This document shows, in pieces, positions 19,601 to 29,442 of a DNA stretch of 64,000 bases. Under the pieces are notes generated by a model that did no database searches, had not been told where the DNA came from, and saw only the letters and a list, made by a program, of their open reading frames with translations. Each line of letters opens with the position of its first letter. The first letter of the stretch is position 1. The position numbers were made by a program, and so were the translations under genes. The DNA comes from Candidatus Kaftiobacterium secundum. Its GTDB lineage: Bacteria > Sysuimicrobiota > Sysuimicrobiia > Sysuimicrobiales > Kaftiobacteriaceae. The DNA lies in NCBI GenBank assembly GCA_031459765.1, contig JAVKHY010000011.1, positions 14,247-78,246 of the forward strand. Direction: 5' to 3'.

Positions 19601-20529
19601 GTGTCCGCGCCGGACCGGCGCAGCGCGGCGAAGACGCCGTCGTAGTAGGCTTCCCACAGCAGGTAGTTGTAGCACTCGCTGCAGATCCACAGGTGCTCTC
19701 CGGCTTCCGCCCAGGGGAGGACGGCGCGGATGACCTTCCCCAGGACCCCGGTCCGGTAGACCAGCCACTTCAGCGGCAGCAGCAGGGGGTGGATCTCCAG
19801 GAAGAAGCCGAGGCCGGTCCGGCGGTTGTGCTTCCGCCAGAAGTAGACCGCGCCTTCGCCGGCCTGGCGCAGTTTGGCCCGCGTGCGCTCCAGGGTCTCC
19901 ACGTCGTCGTGGTAGCCCAGGGCCTGGGGATCGTAGAAGAACCGCACCCCGCGCGCCCGCAGGCGCAGCCCCAGTTCGATGTCCTCCCACCCGTATCCCG
20001 GGAACCCCTCGTCGAACCCTCCCGCGGCCCACAGGTCCTCGGCGCGGAGGGAGAGGTTGCGGGTGATGACGTGGTAGGGGGAGAGATCCCGCCGGCGGCG
20101 GAGGGTGAGATCGGGCACGAGCTCTTTGGTCTTCATGAAGGGGGTGCGCTTGGCGTCGGGGTGGATGAGCGTGCGGCCCTGCACGCCGATGGGTCGCGCG
20201 GGATCCGTGTAGTACCGGGCGTGCCGGGAGACGAGATCGGGGGCGGCCAGGATGTCCGAATCCAGATAGAGGATCACGGGCGCGGAGGCCAGCCGCGATC
20301 CGGCGTTCCGCGCCGCGGCGCGGCCGCGGTTGGGCTGCCACCGATAGGTGAGCTTCACGGGAGAGGCCAGGGAGCCCACGAACTCGTCGGTGCCGTCGGT
20401 GGACCCGTCGTCGAGGACGACGATCTCGAACCGCTCCGGCGGGTAATCCTGGGCGAAGAGGTGCTGCAGGGCGCGGGCCAGCACCGGCCGGTTGTTGTGC
20501 GTGGGGATGACCACGCTGAGGTCAGGCAC
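19597..20529 (-). CDS. Family 2 glycosyltransferase
   Basis: LSVVIPTHNNRPVLARAL...VVLDDGSTDGT...LDSD carries the DxD motif. Confidence 0.75.
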   Translation of the reverse strand: MPDLSVVIPTHNNRPVLARALQHLFAQDYPPERFEIVVLDDGSTDGTDEFVGSLASPVKLTYRWQPNRGRAAARNAGSRLASAPVILYLDSDILAAPDLVSRHARYYTDPARPIGVQGRTLIHPDAKRTPFMKTKELVPDLTLRRRRDLSPYHVITRNLSLRAEDLWAAGGFDEGFPGYGWEDIELGLRLRARGVRFFYDPQALGYHDDVETLERTRAKLRQAGEGAVYFWRKHNRRTGLGFFLEIHPLLLPLKWLVYRTGVLGKVIRAVLPWAEAGEHLWICSECYNYLLWEAYYDGVFAALRRSGADT

Positions 20530-21682
20530 GGCCGCCTCCGCGCGCGGCGAGGATCCCGATGACCAGCCACATTCCGGCCCCCAGGTGCACCGACAGGAGG
20601 GTGCCGTCGAAGAGCTGGTGGGTCATCATGGCCAGGAACACGGCGATCACGACCGCAGACAGGATCCGCGCCTCTTCGGGGGCGCCCCGCCACCAGCGAA
20701 GGCCGCAGCGGAGGGCCTGGATGACGACGGCGACGAAGAGCAGCGCGGCGACGATGCCGCCTTCGGCGGCCATGTTCAGGAAGATGTTGTGGGCGAAAGG
20801 CGCGCCGGGCGGGTTCGGGTCGCCCGGGAGGCGGTAGCGCAGGGTCATCTGGGAAAAGGTGTTGAGGCCGGTGCCGAAGACGGGGTGGTCGGCGATGATC
20901 AGTCTGGCGGTGCGCAGGAGGTAGATGCGGTTGAGATTGACCTGGGGGTCGGCGACCGTCAGCGCTCTCCTGACCAGCGCCCCCCGCTCGGGGCCGGCCG
21001 ACACCAGGACCGCCGCGACCAGCGCCGCACCGAGGAGGAGCGCACGAACGGCGTGCCGCCGGCCGGCCAGCACCGTCAGCGCCAGGAGGCCCACCCCTGC
21101 GCCGATCCAGGCCCCGCGGGTGTAACTTGTCACCAGCGCCGCCGCCGGCGGGAGGGCGAGGAGCAGCGCCAGGTACCGTCTCGTGCCGGCAAAGAGGAGG
21201 GCCAGCCCGAGGGCGATGAGGAGCGCCGCCATCGCCGTCGTCCCCACCGCGTTTTGTCCCAGTTCGGGCAGCGCGGCCGGGGCGCTCCGGCGCAGGTGCA
21301 GGAGGAAGGCCGCCGCGCCGGCCGCGGCGCCGCCGGCCAGCCACGTCCACAGCAACGGCCGGAGGAAACCAGGATCGCGGAGCAGGACGCGGGATGCTCC
21401 CCCGAAGGCCAGGTAGATTGTCAGCGCGGCCAGCCCCGTCGAGCCTACGGCGATCGCCCGGAACTCGGAGAGGTAGCCGGCCAGCAGGAACCAGCTGACG
21501 AATCCTGCGACGACGCCGTCCAGCGGAGTCGTTGTCCACGGCAGGGTGTGCGTGAGCACTCCTTCGGATGCCACCGCCACCAGCATCACGACCAGTCCCC
21601 AGGTCGCGTAGCCTCCCGAGAACAGCGCGACGGTGAGAAGCAGGGCGGCTCTCTGCAGGCGGTCAGGCCAGCGCGGCGGCAT
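20522..21682 (-). CDS. O-antigen ligase/polymerase-like (Wzy_C domain) membrane protein
   Basis: Polytopic membrane protein with a TSYTRGAWIGAGVGLLAL loop-helix region, typical of WaaL/Wzy_C. Confidence 0.55.
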   Translation of the reverse strand: MPPRWPDRLQRAALLLTVALFSGGYATWGLVVMLVAVASEGVLTHTLPWTTTPLDGVVAGFVSWFLLAGYLSEFRAIAVGSTGLAALTIYLAFGGASRVLLRDPGFLRPLLWTWLAGGAAAGAAAFLLHLRRSAPAALPELGQNAVGTTAMAALLIALGLALLFAGTRRYLALLLALPPAAALVTSYTRGAWIGAGVGLLALTVLAGRRHAVRALLLGAALVAAVLVSAGPERGALVRRALTVADPQVNLNRIYLLRTARLIIADHPVFGTGLNTFSQMTLRYRLPGDPNPPGAPFAHNIFLNMAAEGGIVAALLFVAVVIQALRCGLRWWRGAPEEARILSAVVIAVFLAMMTHQLFDGTLLSVHLGAGMWLVIGILAARGGGRA

Positions 21683-22589
21683 GGCGGTGCAACGCGGAGG
21701 TCAGCGCGCGGTAATAGTGGAGGTTCAGGACGCCGCGCACGACGACGTGGGCCAGCCCCCGGCGGCCCCGGCGCTCCAGACGGCGGGCCAGCTGCAGGGC
21801 GCGCGCCGGATCCAGCGCTCCGCCGAGGGCGGCCAGCCAGTAGACCGCCCCGTGCAGGGGGGTGGCCTGGATCAGCCACCGGGTCTGCGGCGTGGGGTGC
21901 TTCCGCCAGAAGTAGACCGCGCTGCGGGCGCGCTCCTCCTCCCTGGCCAGCAGCTCGGGCAGCAGGGCCGCATCGGCCACCGGCTGGATGTGGAAGGCCA
22001 CGGCCTGCGGGCAGAAGACGCGCCGCAGCCCCAGGCGCCGCAGGCGCACGCCGAGTTCGAAATCCTCCCAGCCGTAGCCCGGGAACCCTTCGTCGAAGAG
22101 GCCGGCCTCCTGCAGCGCCGCTTTCGGCAGCATCGCGTTGGCGGTGTCCAGATACGCCGGGGAGGCGGCCAGGCGGGGCGCGCGGGCGGCCGGCAGATCG
22201 CGCAGGTCCGAGATCAGCACCACCGGCCCGCGGGAGAGCACGCCGCCCCCGTGGGCGGCCAGCGTCTTCAGGTGCCAGCGCAAGAACTCCGGTCCGACCA
22301 CGATGTCGCTGTCCACGAAGGAGATGTACCGGCCGCGCGCGGTCTGGATTCCCGCATTGCGGGCCGCGCCGCGCCCGCGGTTGGCCGGGAGGCGGAGCAC
22401 CTGGAGCGGGAGCCGCCCCTCGGCGAACCGCCGCAACAGCGCCGGGGTCTCGTCGGTGGAGGCGTCGTCCACCACGATCACCTCGAAGCGGCCGGCCTCC
22501 AGCGTCTGCCGGGCCAGGGCCTCCAGGGCGTGCGCCAGCACGGCGGCACGGTTGAAGGTGGGCACGACCACGGAGATCTCCGGCGCCAT
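21663..22589 (-). CDS. Family 2 glycosyltransferase
   Basis: ISVVVPTFNRAAVLAHAL...VIVVDDASTDET...VDSD. Paralogous in architecture to the gene at 19597-20529. Confidence 0.75.
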   Translation of the reverse strand: MAPEISVVVPTFNRAAVLAHALEALARQTLEAGRFEVIVVDDASTDETPALLRRFAEGRLPLQVLRLPANRGRGAARNAGIQTARGRYISFVDSDIVVGPEFLRWHLKTLAAHGGGVLSRGPVVLISDLRDLPAARAPRLAASPAYLDTANAMLPKAALQEAGLFDEGFPGYGWEDFELGVRLRRLGLRRVFCPQAVAFHIQPVADAALLPELLAREEERARSAVYFWRKHPTPQTRWLIQATPLHGAVYWLAALGGALDPARALQLARRLERRGRRGLAHVVVRGVLNLHYYRALTSALHRHAAALA

Positions 22590-22592
22590 CGG

Positions 22593-24362
22593 CTACGGCA
22601 CTTCCACCAGCTGCAGCCCGGCCAGACGGGCGTAGACGCCGCCCCGGGCCATCAGGTCGTCGTGGCGGCCCTGCTCGACGATCCGTCCCTGGTCGAGCAC
22701 GACGATACGGTCGGCCTTGCGCACCGTGGAGAGGCGGTGGGCGATGATGAAGGTGGTGCGGCCCTCCGTCAGGCGGTCCATCGCTTCCTGGATCAACCGC
22801 TCCGACTCCGGATCGAGGGCGGAGGTGGCTTCGTCCAGGATGATGATCCGCGGGCCGGTCAGCACCGCCCGGGCGATGGCCAGGCGCTGGCGCTGGCCGC
22901 CCGAGAGCTGCACGCTGTCTTCGCCCAGCACCGTGTCGTAGCCCCGGGGCAGGGCCGCAATGAAGTCGTGGGCGTTGGCGATGCGGGCCGCGGCGATGAT
23001 CTCGTCCAGCGACGCCTCGGGTCTGGCGTAGGCGATGTTGTCCCGCACCGTCCCCGAGAACAGCACCGTCTCCTGGGGGACGAGCCCGATCTGCCGCCGC
23101 AGGGAGCGCAGGGTCACCGAGCGCACGTCCCGGCCGTCGATGGCCACGGCCCCCGTGGTGGGATCGTAGAAGCGGGGCAGGAGGTTGATGAGCGAGGTCT
23201 TCCCCGCGCCGCTGGGGCCGACGATCGCCACACGCTCTCCGGGCGCGACGTCCAGATCGATGTCGCGCAGCGCCCAGGATGCCCCGTCGTAGGTGAGGGA
23301 GACGCCGCTGAAGCGGACGGCGCCCCGGACGGGAGGGAGGGGCGCGGCGCCCGGGAGGTCGGCGACGTCATCGACCGGGCGCAGCAGGTCGGCGATCCGG
23401 TCCAGCGCCCCGAGCCCCTGGCGGACGGAGGCGTAGGCGCGGCTGAGCGAGACCACCGGCTCGACGGCCAGGCCGGCGTAGGTCAGAAACGCCACCAGGC
23501 TCCCCACGGTGAGGACGCCGGAGGCGGCCATCCGCCCGCCGAACCACAGCACGGCCACCAGGCCCGCCGCGGTGAGGAGGCTCACCACCGGCACCTGGGC
23601 GGCGATCAACTGGCTGATGCGGAGGTTCTCCCGGAAGGTCCGTTCGTTCTGGCCCCGGAAGCGCCGGACCTCCCGTTCCTCCTGGGCGAAGGCGCGGATG
23701 ATGCGCGAGGCGGTGAAGGTCTCGCGGATGGTCGCGGCCAGGTCGGCGGTGCGCGCCTGGGCGCGCTGCGAGGTCCGCTGAATCTCATGGCCGAAGGCCC
23801 GCGCCGCGCCGATCAACACCGGGATGACGACGAGGGTGAACAGGGCGAGGTCCCAGCGCAGGACAAAGAGCATGACCAGGATCCCCGCCACCGTCAGCGC
23901 CACGCCCAGCAGGTCGAGGAGGCCGACGAGCAGGGTGGTCTGGACGACCTGGGTGTCCTGGAGGCTGCGCGAGATCAGGTCGCCGCTCGTCCACCGCGCG
24001 AAGCGGGCCAGCGACCACCGCTGGACCTGCTCGAAGATCCGCTCGCGCAGGTCGGCCACCACGCGGTGGCCGAGGTAGAAGCCGCAGAAGATCTGCCCGT
24101 ACAGCAGCACGCTGCGCAGCGCCAGCGCCCCCAGGATGACCATCGCCGCCGAGTTGAGCACGGCGAAGCTGTCTGCGGCGGCGATGGCGTCGATGGTCAG
24201 CCCGACGTACCGCGGGATGAAGAGCTGCGTTCCGGTGACCAGCAACAGGCAGGCCACGCCGGCGGCGGCGACCGGCCAGTACGGGGCGATGAAGGGGATG
24301 ATCCGTCTCACGATGCCGTCCCCGATGCCGCGGCCAGCCGGAGCGCCTCCGCGGCGATGCAT
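22593..24362 (-). CDS. msbA: MsbA-like ABC exporter (fused TMD-NBD), lipid A/LPS flippase candidate
   Basis: Six TM helices, then Walker [24 protein letters not shown] and [10 protein letters not shown]. The ATG at 24362 overlaps the lpxB 3' end. Confidence 0.8.
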   Translation of the reverse strand: MHRRGGAPAGRGIGDGIVRRIIPFIAPYWPVAAAGVACLLLVTGTQLFIPRYVGLTIDAIAAADSFAVLNSAAMVILGALALRSVLLYGQIFCGFYLGHRVVADLRERIFEQVQRWSLARFARWTSGDLISRSLQDTQVVQTTLLVGLLDLLGVALTVAGILVMLFVLRWDLALFTLVVIPVLIGAARAFGHEIQRTSQRAQARTADLAATIRETFTASRIIRAFAQEEREVRRFRGQNERTFRENLRISQLIAAQVPVVSLLTAAGLVAVLWFGGRMAASGVLTVGSLVAFLTYAGLAVEPVVSLSRAYASVRQGLGALDRIADLLRPVDDVADLPGAAPLPPVRGAVRFSGVSLTYDGASWALRDIDLDVAPGERVAIVGPSGAGKTSLINLLPRFYDPTTGAVAIDGRDVRSVTLRSLRRQIGLVPQETVLFSGTVRDNIAYARPEASLDEIIAAARIANAHDFIAALPRGYDTVLGEDSVQLSGGQRQRLAIARAVLTGPRIIILDEATSALDPESERLIQEAMDRLTEGRTTFIIAHRLSTVRKADRIVVLDQGRIVEQGRHDDLMARGGVYARLAGLQLVEVP

Positions 24363-25516
24363 CCGGCGGCGCCCGGACGACCGAGCGCCAGGTCCCGCAG
24401 GGCGCGGGCGATGGCGGCGCGTCCGCCGGCGTCGGAGAGCGCCTCCGCCATGTGCCGGCCGACATCCGCGGCGCTCAGCGGACCGATCCATTCGGGAACG
24501 ACGGCCCGGCCGACCCGCTGGTTGGGGATGGCGAGAAACCGGTGGCGCGCCAGATAGCGGTGCAGCGCGGCCCGCCGCAGCCATCCGCCCAGGCCCGGCA
24601 ACCTGGCCACCCACTCCCAGAGTCCTTCCACCGCCGCCCGGTCCATGAAATCGGTGGGCACGACCACGGCGAAGGGGACGCCGGCCAGCGCCAGTTCCAA
24701 TGTGTTCGTGCCGGGAATCGTCACCACGAAGTCGCTTCGCGTCACCGCCTGCCAGCCCTCTTCCAGTATCCAGTGGATCTGTGCCCCGTTCGCGGCCTCG
24801 ATCCGCCGGCGGACGGCCTCCACCGTCGCGGGGGTCAGGAACTCCGAGACGATGAACTGGAAGCGCGTTGTGGGATGGGCCCGGGCGGCGACGGTTGCGG
24901 CCTGGTGGAAGAAGGGAGCGAGCACGGTCAGGAAGCGATCGCGGCTGCCGGGCAGAAAGGAAACGACGGATACTGATCGGTCGCCCGACGGGACGTCGGG
25001 CGACGACTCGGGCGACGGCATGGCGAAGGCGTCGGCCCGCGGGTCGCCGGTGACCACGATCTTTTCCACCGGCACGCCGCGGCGGCGCAGATCGGCGGCG
25101 AGGGCATCGGTGGCCGCGAAGACACGGGCGAAGTACCGGTGCCGGGTGGCGACCAGCGGCGTCTCGGCGAAGGCGGCGGCGGGGATCCCTAAGCGTCTGG
25201 CCAGTCGGCCGGAGAGCAGGAGGTCTCCGCCGAGGTGGACTAGCGCGGCCGGCCGGGTGACGGCCACCCCGCTCAGTCCCAGGGCCGTCCGCACCGTCGT
25301 CGCCGGGTCGAGGATGCGGTCGAAGAGACCCCACCTTGCCACAACCTCATGCTCGCGCCCGCCCGCAAACTGCGAGGGGGTGAGGGCCAGGGTCAGCGTC
25401 GGCAGCGGGCCCTGATCGGCGGCCCGGACGCGCAGCTGCCGCGCCACGGGGCGGATCCACCCGCGCAGTTCTCCCGGCCCGTTGCCCGCCAGCACGATCT
25501 CGGCCGCATGGCTCAT
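24308..25516 (-). CDS. lpxB: Lipid-A-disaccharide synthase LpxB (GT19)
   Basis: N-terminus EIVLAGNGPGELRGWIRPV aligns with E. coli LpxB [21 protein letters not shown]. GT-B C-terminal half is present. A GGAGGG SD precedes the ATG. Confidence 0.7.
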   Translation of the reverse strand: MSHAAEIVLAGNGPGELRGWIRPVARQLRVRAADQGPLPTLTLALTPSQFAGGREHEVVARWGLFDRILDPATTVRTALGLSGVAVTRPAALVHLGGDLLLSGRLARRLGIPAAAFAETPLVATRHRYFARVFAATDALAADLRRRGVPVEKIVVTGDPRADAFAMPSPESSPDVPSGDRSVSVVSFLPGSRDRFLTVLAPFFHQAATVAARAHPTTRFQFIVSEFLTPATVEAVRRRIEAANGAQIHWILEEGWQAVTRSDFVVTIPGTNTLELALAGVPFAVVVPTDFMDRAAVEGLWEWVARLPGLGGWLRRAALHRYLARHRFLAIPNQRVGRAVVPEWIGPLSAADVGRHMAEALSDAGGRAAIARALRDLALGRPGAAGCIAAEALRLAAASGTAS

Positions 25517-25517
25517 C

Positions 25518-25942
25518 TCAGGCCAGGCCCTCCGCGCGGGCCGCCTCGGCCAGTCGGGCGTCAAAGGTCAGCACCCGCAGCGCCGGCAGCTCGCGCTGCA
25601 GGGTCTTCGCCGCGCCCAGGTGCCAGAGGTCGGCTCCCCGCAGCGGCCACCTGGAAGCCAGAGCGCCGACCTGCCGCCAGTCGGGAGCAACCGTCACCCG
25701 CCGCCACGGGCCGTGCTCCAGCGTTTCACGCGCCGCCTCCACGAGGACCCCGGCGAGGACCTGTTCGCGCGCGATCCGCGCGATGACGGCGTGGACTTCC
25801 GCCCACGCCAGCGACGAGAGGAGGTGGAGACCGGCGGTGCGGGCCGCCGCGGCGGCCCGTGCGCTGTGGCGGTCCTTGAACAGCGCGGACAGGATCGCCG
25901 AACTGTCCCAGTACACGACGGCCTGAGCCGGCGAGGTCACGC
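25518..25942 (-). CDS. vapC: PIN-domain VapC toxin
   Basis: VVYWDSSAILSALFKD...ADLWHLGAAKTL...LTFDARLAEAA carries the PIN acidic residues. GTG start at 25942. Confidence 0.6.
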
Positions 25943-26224
25943 CTCGCGGTCCTCCCGCAGCCACCGCTGCGCCAGTCCGTCGGGGAGCGGCAGAGGCGGC
26001 GGAAGAGGGCGGGAGGATCCCGGCGGCGCCGGCTCCAGGACGCCGGCTTCTTCCAGCCTTCGGATACGTTCCTCCAGCGGCAGGTCCGCGGCGCGCACGG
26101 GGATCAGTCTGGCCACCGGCCTGCCGCGCTCCGTGATCACCCACTCCCTGCCGCGCCGCACCTCCCGGATCAACCGGCTGAGATGGGCCTTGGCCTCCCT
26201 GATTCCCGCGCTGCCCGCCTGCAT
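25937..26224 (-). CDS. Phd/YefM-family antitoxin
   Basis: IREAKAHLSRLIREVRRGREWVITERGRPVARLIPV. Confidence 0.55.
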   Translation of the reverse strand: MQAGSAGIREAKAHLSRLIREVRRGREWVITERGRPVARLIPVRAADLPLEERIRRLEEAGVLEPAPPGSSRPLPPPLPLPDGLAQRWLREDREA

Positions 26225-26389
26225 CGCCCGACCCCCGCAAGGACGTCGTCAGGGATATTGTGACTACAATTCGATGTGGTTTCAAGGCCTACAACGCCGG
26301 GCACCCCCGGACAGGGTCCGCACCCGCGCCGTCTCCTCCCCCGGAGACCAGGAAGCCGGGCGGGCGATGGGAAAGAGGCACATGGCCTC

Positions 26390-27949
26390 ATGATCTGGAC
26401 ACTCCGCCCGTGGATTCCTCCGATCCTGGCCTGTCTCTTCGTCGCCGCGCTGGCCACAGCGGCGGCGGCGCAGGCCGAGGCTCTGGTCGTCGAGGCCGAC
26501 GAGGTCGTCTACGACGAGCAGAGCCGGCAGGTGCAGGCGACCGGGAACGTCCGGTTGCGCTACCGGGGGATCCGCCTGACCGCGGACCAGGCGCAGTTCG
26601 ACCTGGCCCGGGAGGTGGTGACCGCCCGCGGGCATGTCGTGCTCACCGACGCCTCCGGGCGCGAGCTGCGGGGGGAGGCCCTCACCTACGACGTCCGCCT
26701 GGAGCTGGTCGAGGTGCAACGGGGGGAAGGGGTCGTGGACGGGTTCTTCGTGCGCAGCGAGCGCCTGCGGGCGCAGCCGCGGCGCATCGTAGCCGAGGAG
26801 GCGATGCTCACCCCCTGCGACCCGGCCCGTCCGGCGATGCGGATCACGGCCCGGCGCGTCGAGCTCGTCCCCGGCGAAGATCTGGTGGCCAGCCAGGCCA
26901 GCCTGTGGCTGGGCAACCGCCGCCTCCTCACCCTGCCGGTCTACCGGTCGTCGCTGCGCGGCGGAGAAGAGACCGCCCGCAGTTTCCCCAGCGCCGGCTA
27001 CCAGACCCGCGACGGGTTCTGGGTGCAGTACCCCTTCGGCTACCGGGCGGGGAAGCTGTCCGGGGAGTTGACCCTGAAGTACGGCACGCTGGCCGGCGTC
27101 ATCGCCCGCAACCGCCTGACCTACCGCCGGCCGACCTTCGCTCTGGAGCTCACCGCCGGACGCAACCAGGACATCGAGCGGCGCATCTACGACCAGGCCG
27201 AGCTCGCGCTGCATCTGGCCGAAAGACGACTGGGTCCGCTCCCGCTCTTCGCCTCCGCCGCCGTCCAGGGCGGGTGGTTCGAGGAGCAGGCCACCGGGGT
27301 GCGGACCTCCCGTACCAGGTACACTGTGGCCGCGCGCCTGCCGACTCTGGCCCTCGGCCCGCGGACGTCGCTCGCCGCTTCCGCGTCGTGGACGGACGGG
27401 TTCTACGGAACGGGAGACCGCTACGGCGTCCTCCGCGGAGGGCTTGGCCTCAGCCATGAGCTCAGCGGAGCAGAAGTCCTCTCCTTCACCTACAGCCTGG
27501 TCAGCCCGAGCGGGGTCACACCCTTCCTCTTCGACGCCGTCCCCGCCGACGAGCTCGTGCACCGCGGCACGGTGCTCTACACGCGGACCGGGCAGCGGGG
27601 GCCGGAGACGACCACCTTCCAGGCCGGCGCCGGATACGACTTCCTCGTCTCGTCGCCCTTCGTGCTCCTGGGCTACGGGCGGCGCCTGCCGGAACGCTCG
27701 CACTGGATGCTCACCGGCGAGTACAATCTGAGTACGACCGACGTCAAGCTCACCGCCGACGCCGGGATGGCGGTGGGCACCGGGACCTACGCCACGGTGC
27801 AGGTCGTCTACCACACGCTGACCGGCGCCTACGAGGACGTGGACTACCTCCTCAGCGCGCGCCTGTGCGACTGCTTCGAGGTGCGGGTGAAGTACCGCCA
27901 GGTCCGCCGGGAGCTGTGGCTGGAGATCGGGCTCGCCCCGCGCCCCTGA
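26390..27949 (+). CDS. lptD: LptD/OstA-like LPS-assembly outer-membrane protein
   Basis: Signal peptide. The N-terminal OstA-like segment (EADEVVYDEQSRQVQATGNVRLRYRGIRLTADQAQFDLAREVVTARGHVVLTD) is followed by a long beta-rich domain. Confidence 0.5.
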   Translation: MIWTLRPWIPPILACLFVAALATAAAAQAEALVVEADEVVYDEQSRQVQATGNVRLRYRGIRLTADQAQFDLAREVVTARGHVVLTDASGRELRGEALTYDVRLELVEVQRGEGVVDGFFVRSERLRAQPRRIVAEEAMLTPCDPARPAMRITARRVELVPGEDLVASQASLWLGNRRLLTLPVYRSSLRGGEETARSFPSAGYQTRDGFWVQYPFGYRAGKLSGELTLKYGTLAGVIARNRLTYRRPTFALELTAGRNQDIERRIYDQAELALHLAERRLGPLPLFASAAVQGGWFEEQATGVRTSRTRYTVAARLPTLALGPRTSLAASASWTDGFYGTGDRYGVLRGGLGLSHELSGAEVLSFTYSLVSPSGVTPFLFDAVPADELVHRGTVLYTRTGQRGPETTTFQAGAGYDFLVSSPFVLLGYGRRLPERSHWMLTGEYNLSTTDVKLTADAGMAVGTGTYATVQVVYHTLTGAYEDVDYLLSARLCDCFEVRVKYRQVRRELWLEIGLAPRP

Positions 27950-28004
27950 CGAGACGACCCCCCTGTAGGCCGGCGGCGCGGGGGAGAAACGTTGTGGGCG
28001 GACG

Positions 28005-29393
28005 ATGATCGAACCGACGATGTTCCGCGAGTACGACATCCGCGGGGTGGTGGGGAAGGACCTCACCCCGGGCGTGGCCGAGGCCGTCGCCCGCGGCTAC
28101 GCCGCCTACCTCCGCCGACAGGGAGCCGCGGAGGAACCGATCCCGGTCGTGGTGGGCCGGGACAACCGGGAGAGCTCTCCGGCGTTGCGCGACGCGGTCG
28201 TGCGCGGGCTGCTGGCCTCGGGCTGCCGGGTCGTGGATGTGGGCACGGTGATCACCCCGGTCTTCTACTTCGCCCGCGTCCACCTGGGGATCGACGGCGG
28301 CATCATGATCACGGCCAGCCACAACCCGCCGGAGTTCAACGGCTTCAAGCTGGCCCACGGCTTCGGCACCCTCTACGGCGAGGAGATCCAGCAGATCCGC
28401 CTGCTCGCCGAACAGGAGCGCGGCCGTCCTCCGCGGGGCGGCGGGAGCGCCGAGACCGCCGATGTCGTGCCCGCCTACCGAGCGATGATGCGGGAGAAGA
28501 TCCGGCTGGGGCCCCGGCGCCTGCGCGTGGCCCTGGACTGCGGCAACGGCACGGCCAGCCTGATCGCCCCCGACGTCCTGCGGGAATTGGGCTGCGAAGT
28601 GCTGCCCCTGTACTGCGACTCCGACCCCCGCTTCCCCCACCACCACCCCGACCCGGTGCAGGCCGAGAATTTGCAGGACCTGATCGCCCTGGTCCGCAGC
28701 CGGCGGGCCGATGTCGGGATCGGGCTGGACGGCGACGGCGATCGGATCGGCGTGGTGGACGACCAGGGCGGGATCATCTGGGGCGACCTGCTGATGATCC
28801 TGTTCTGGCGGGAGATCCTGCCGAAGCACCCCGGCACGGTGGGGATCGTGGAGGTGAAGTGTTCCCAGGCGCTGTACGAGGAGATCGAACGCCTGGGCGG
28901 CCGGCCGATCTTCTATCGCACCGGGCATTCCCTGATCAAGGCCAAGATGCGCGAGGTCGGCGCCGTCTTCACCGGGGAGATGTCGGGGCACATGTTCTTC
29001 GCCGACGAGTACTTCGGCTACGACGACGCCGTCTACGCCGCCGGCCGGCTGCTGCGCATCCTGTCGCACGCCGACCGCCCGCTGTCGCGCCTGATGGCCG
29101 ACGTCCCGCGCTACAACAGCACGCCGGAGGTGCGGGTGGACTGTCCGGACGAGGCGAAGTTCGGCGTGGTGGAGACCCTGGTCCAGCGCTTCCGGCGGCA
29201 CCACCAGGTCATCGACATCGACGGCGTGCGCGTGCTCTTCGGCCACGGCTGGGGGCTGGTGCGGGCCAGCAACACGCAGCCGGCGCTCGTCGTGCGCGCC
29301 GAGTCCCGCACCCCCGCCGGGCTGCGGGAGATCAAGCGCTCCATCGAGACCGAGCTGAGCACCTTCCCCCAGGTGGGGCCGATCCGGTGGTGA
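28005..29393 (+). CDS. manB: Phosphomannomutase/phosphoglucomutase (alpha-D-phosphohexomutase)
   Basis: Active-site TASHNPPEFNGFK. Metal loop DGDGDR. GEMSGH sugar-binding loop. Confidence 0.85.
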   Translation: MIEPTMFREYDIRGVVGKDLTPGVAEAVARGYAAYLRRQGAAEEPIPVVVGRDNRESSPALRDAVVRGLLASGCRVVDVGTVITPVFYFARVHLGIDGGIMITASHNPPEFNGFKLAHGFGTLYGEEIQQIRLLAEQERGRPPRGGGSAETADVVPAYRAMMREKIRLGPRRLRVALDCGNGTASLIAPDVLRELGCEVLPLYCDSDPRFPHHHPDPVQAENLQDLIALVRSRRADVGIGLDGDGDRIGVVDDQGGIIWGDLLMILFWREILPKHPGTVGIVEVKCSQALYEEIERLGGRPIFYRTGHSLIKAKMREVGAVFTGEMSGHMFFADEYFGYDDAVYAAGRLLRILSHADRPLSRLMADVPRYNSTPEVRVDCPDEAKFGVVETLVQRFRRHHQVIDIDGVRVLFGHGWGLVRASNTQPALVVRAESRTPAGLREIKRSIETELSTFPQVGPIRW

Positions 29394-29442
29394 CCGCACA
29401 CCCCTCCGGTCATCATCGGCTCCTGGCCCTGGGGGAGAGGGA

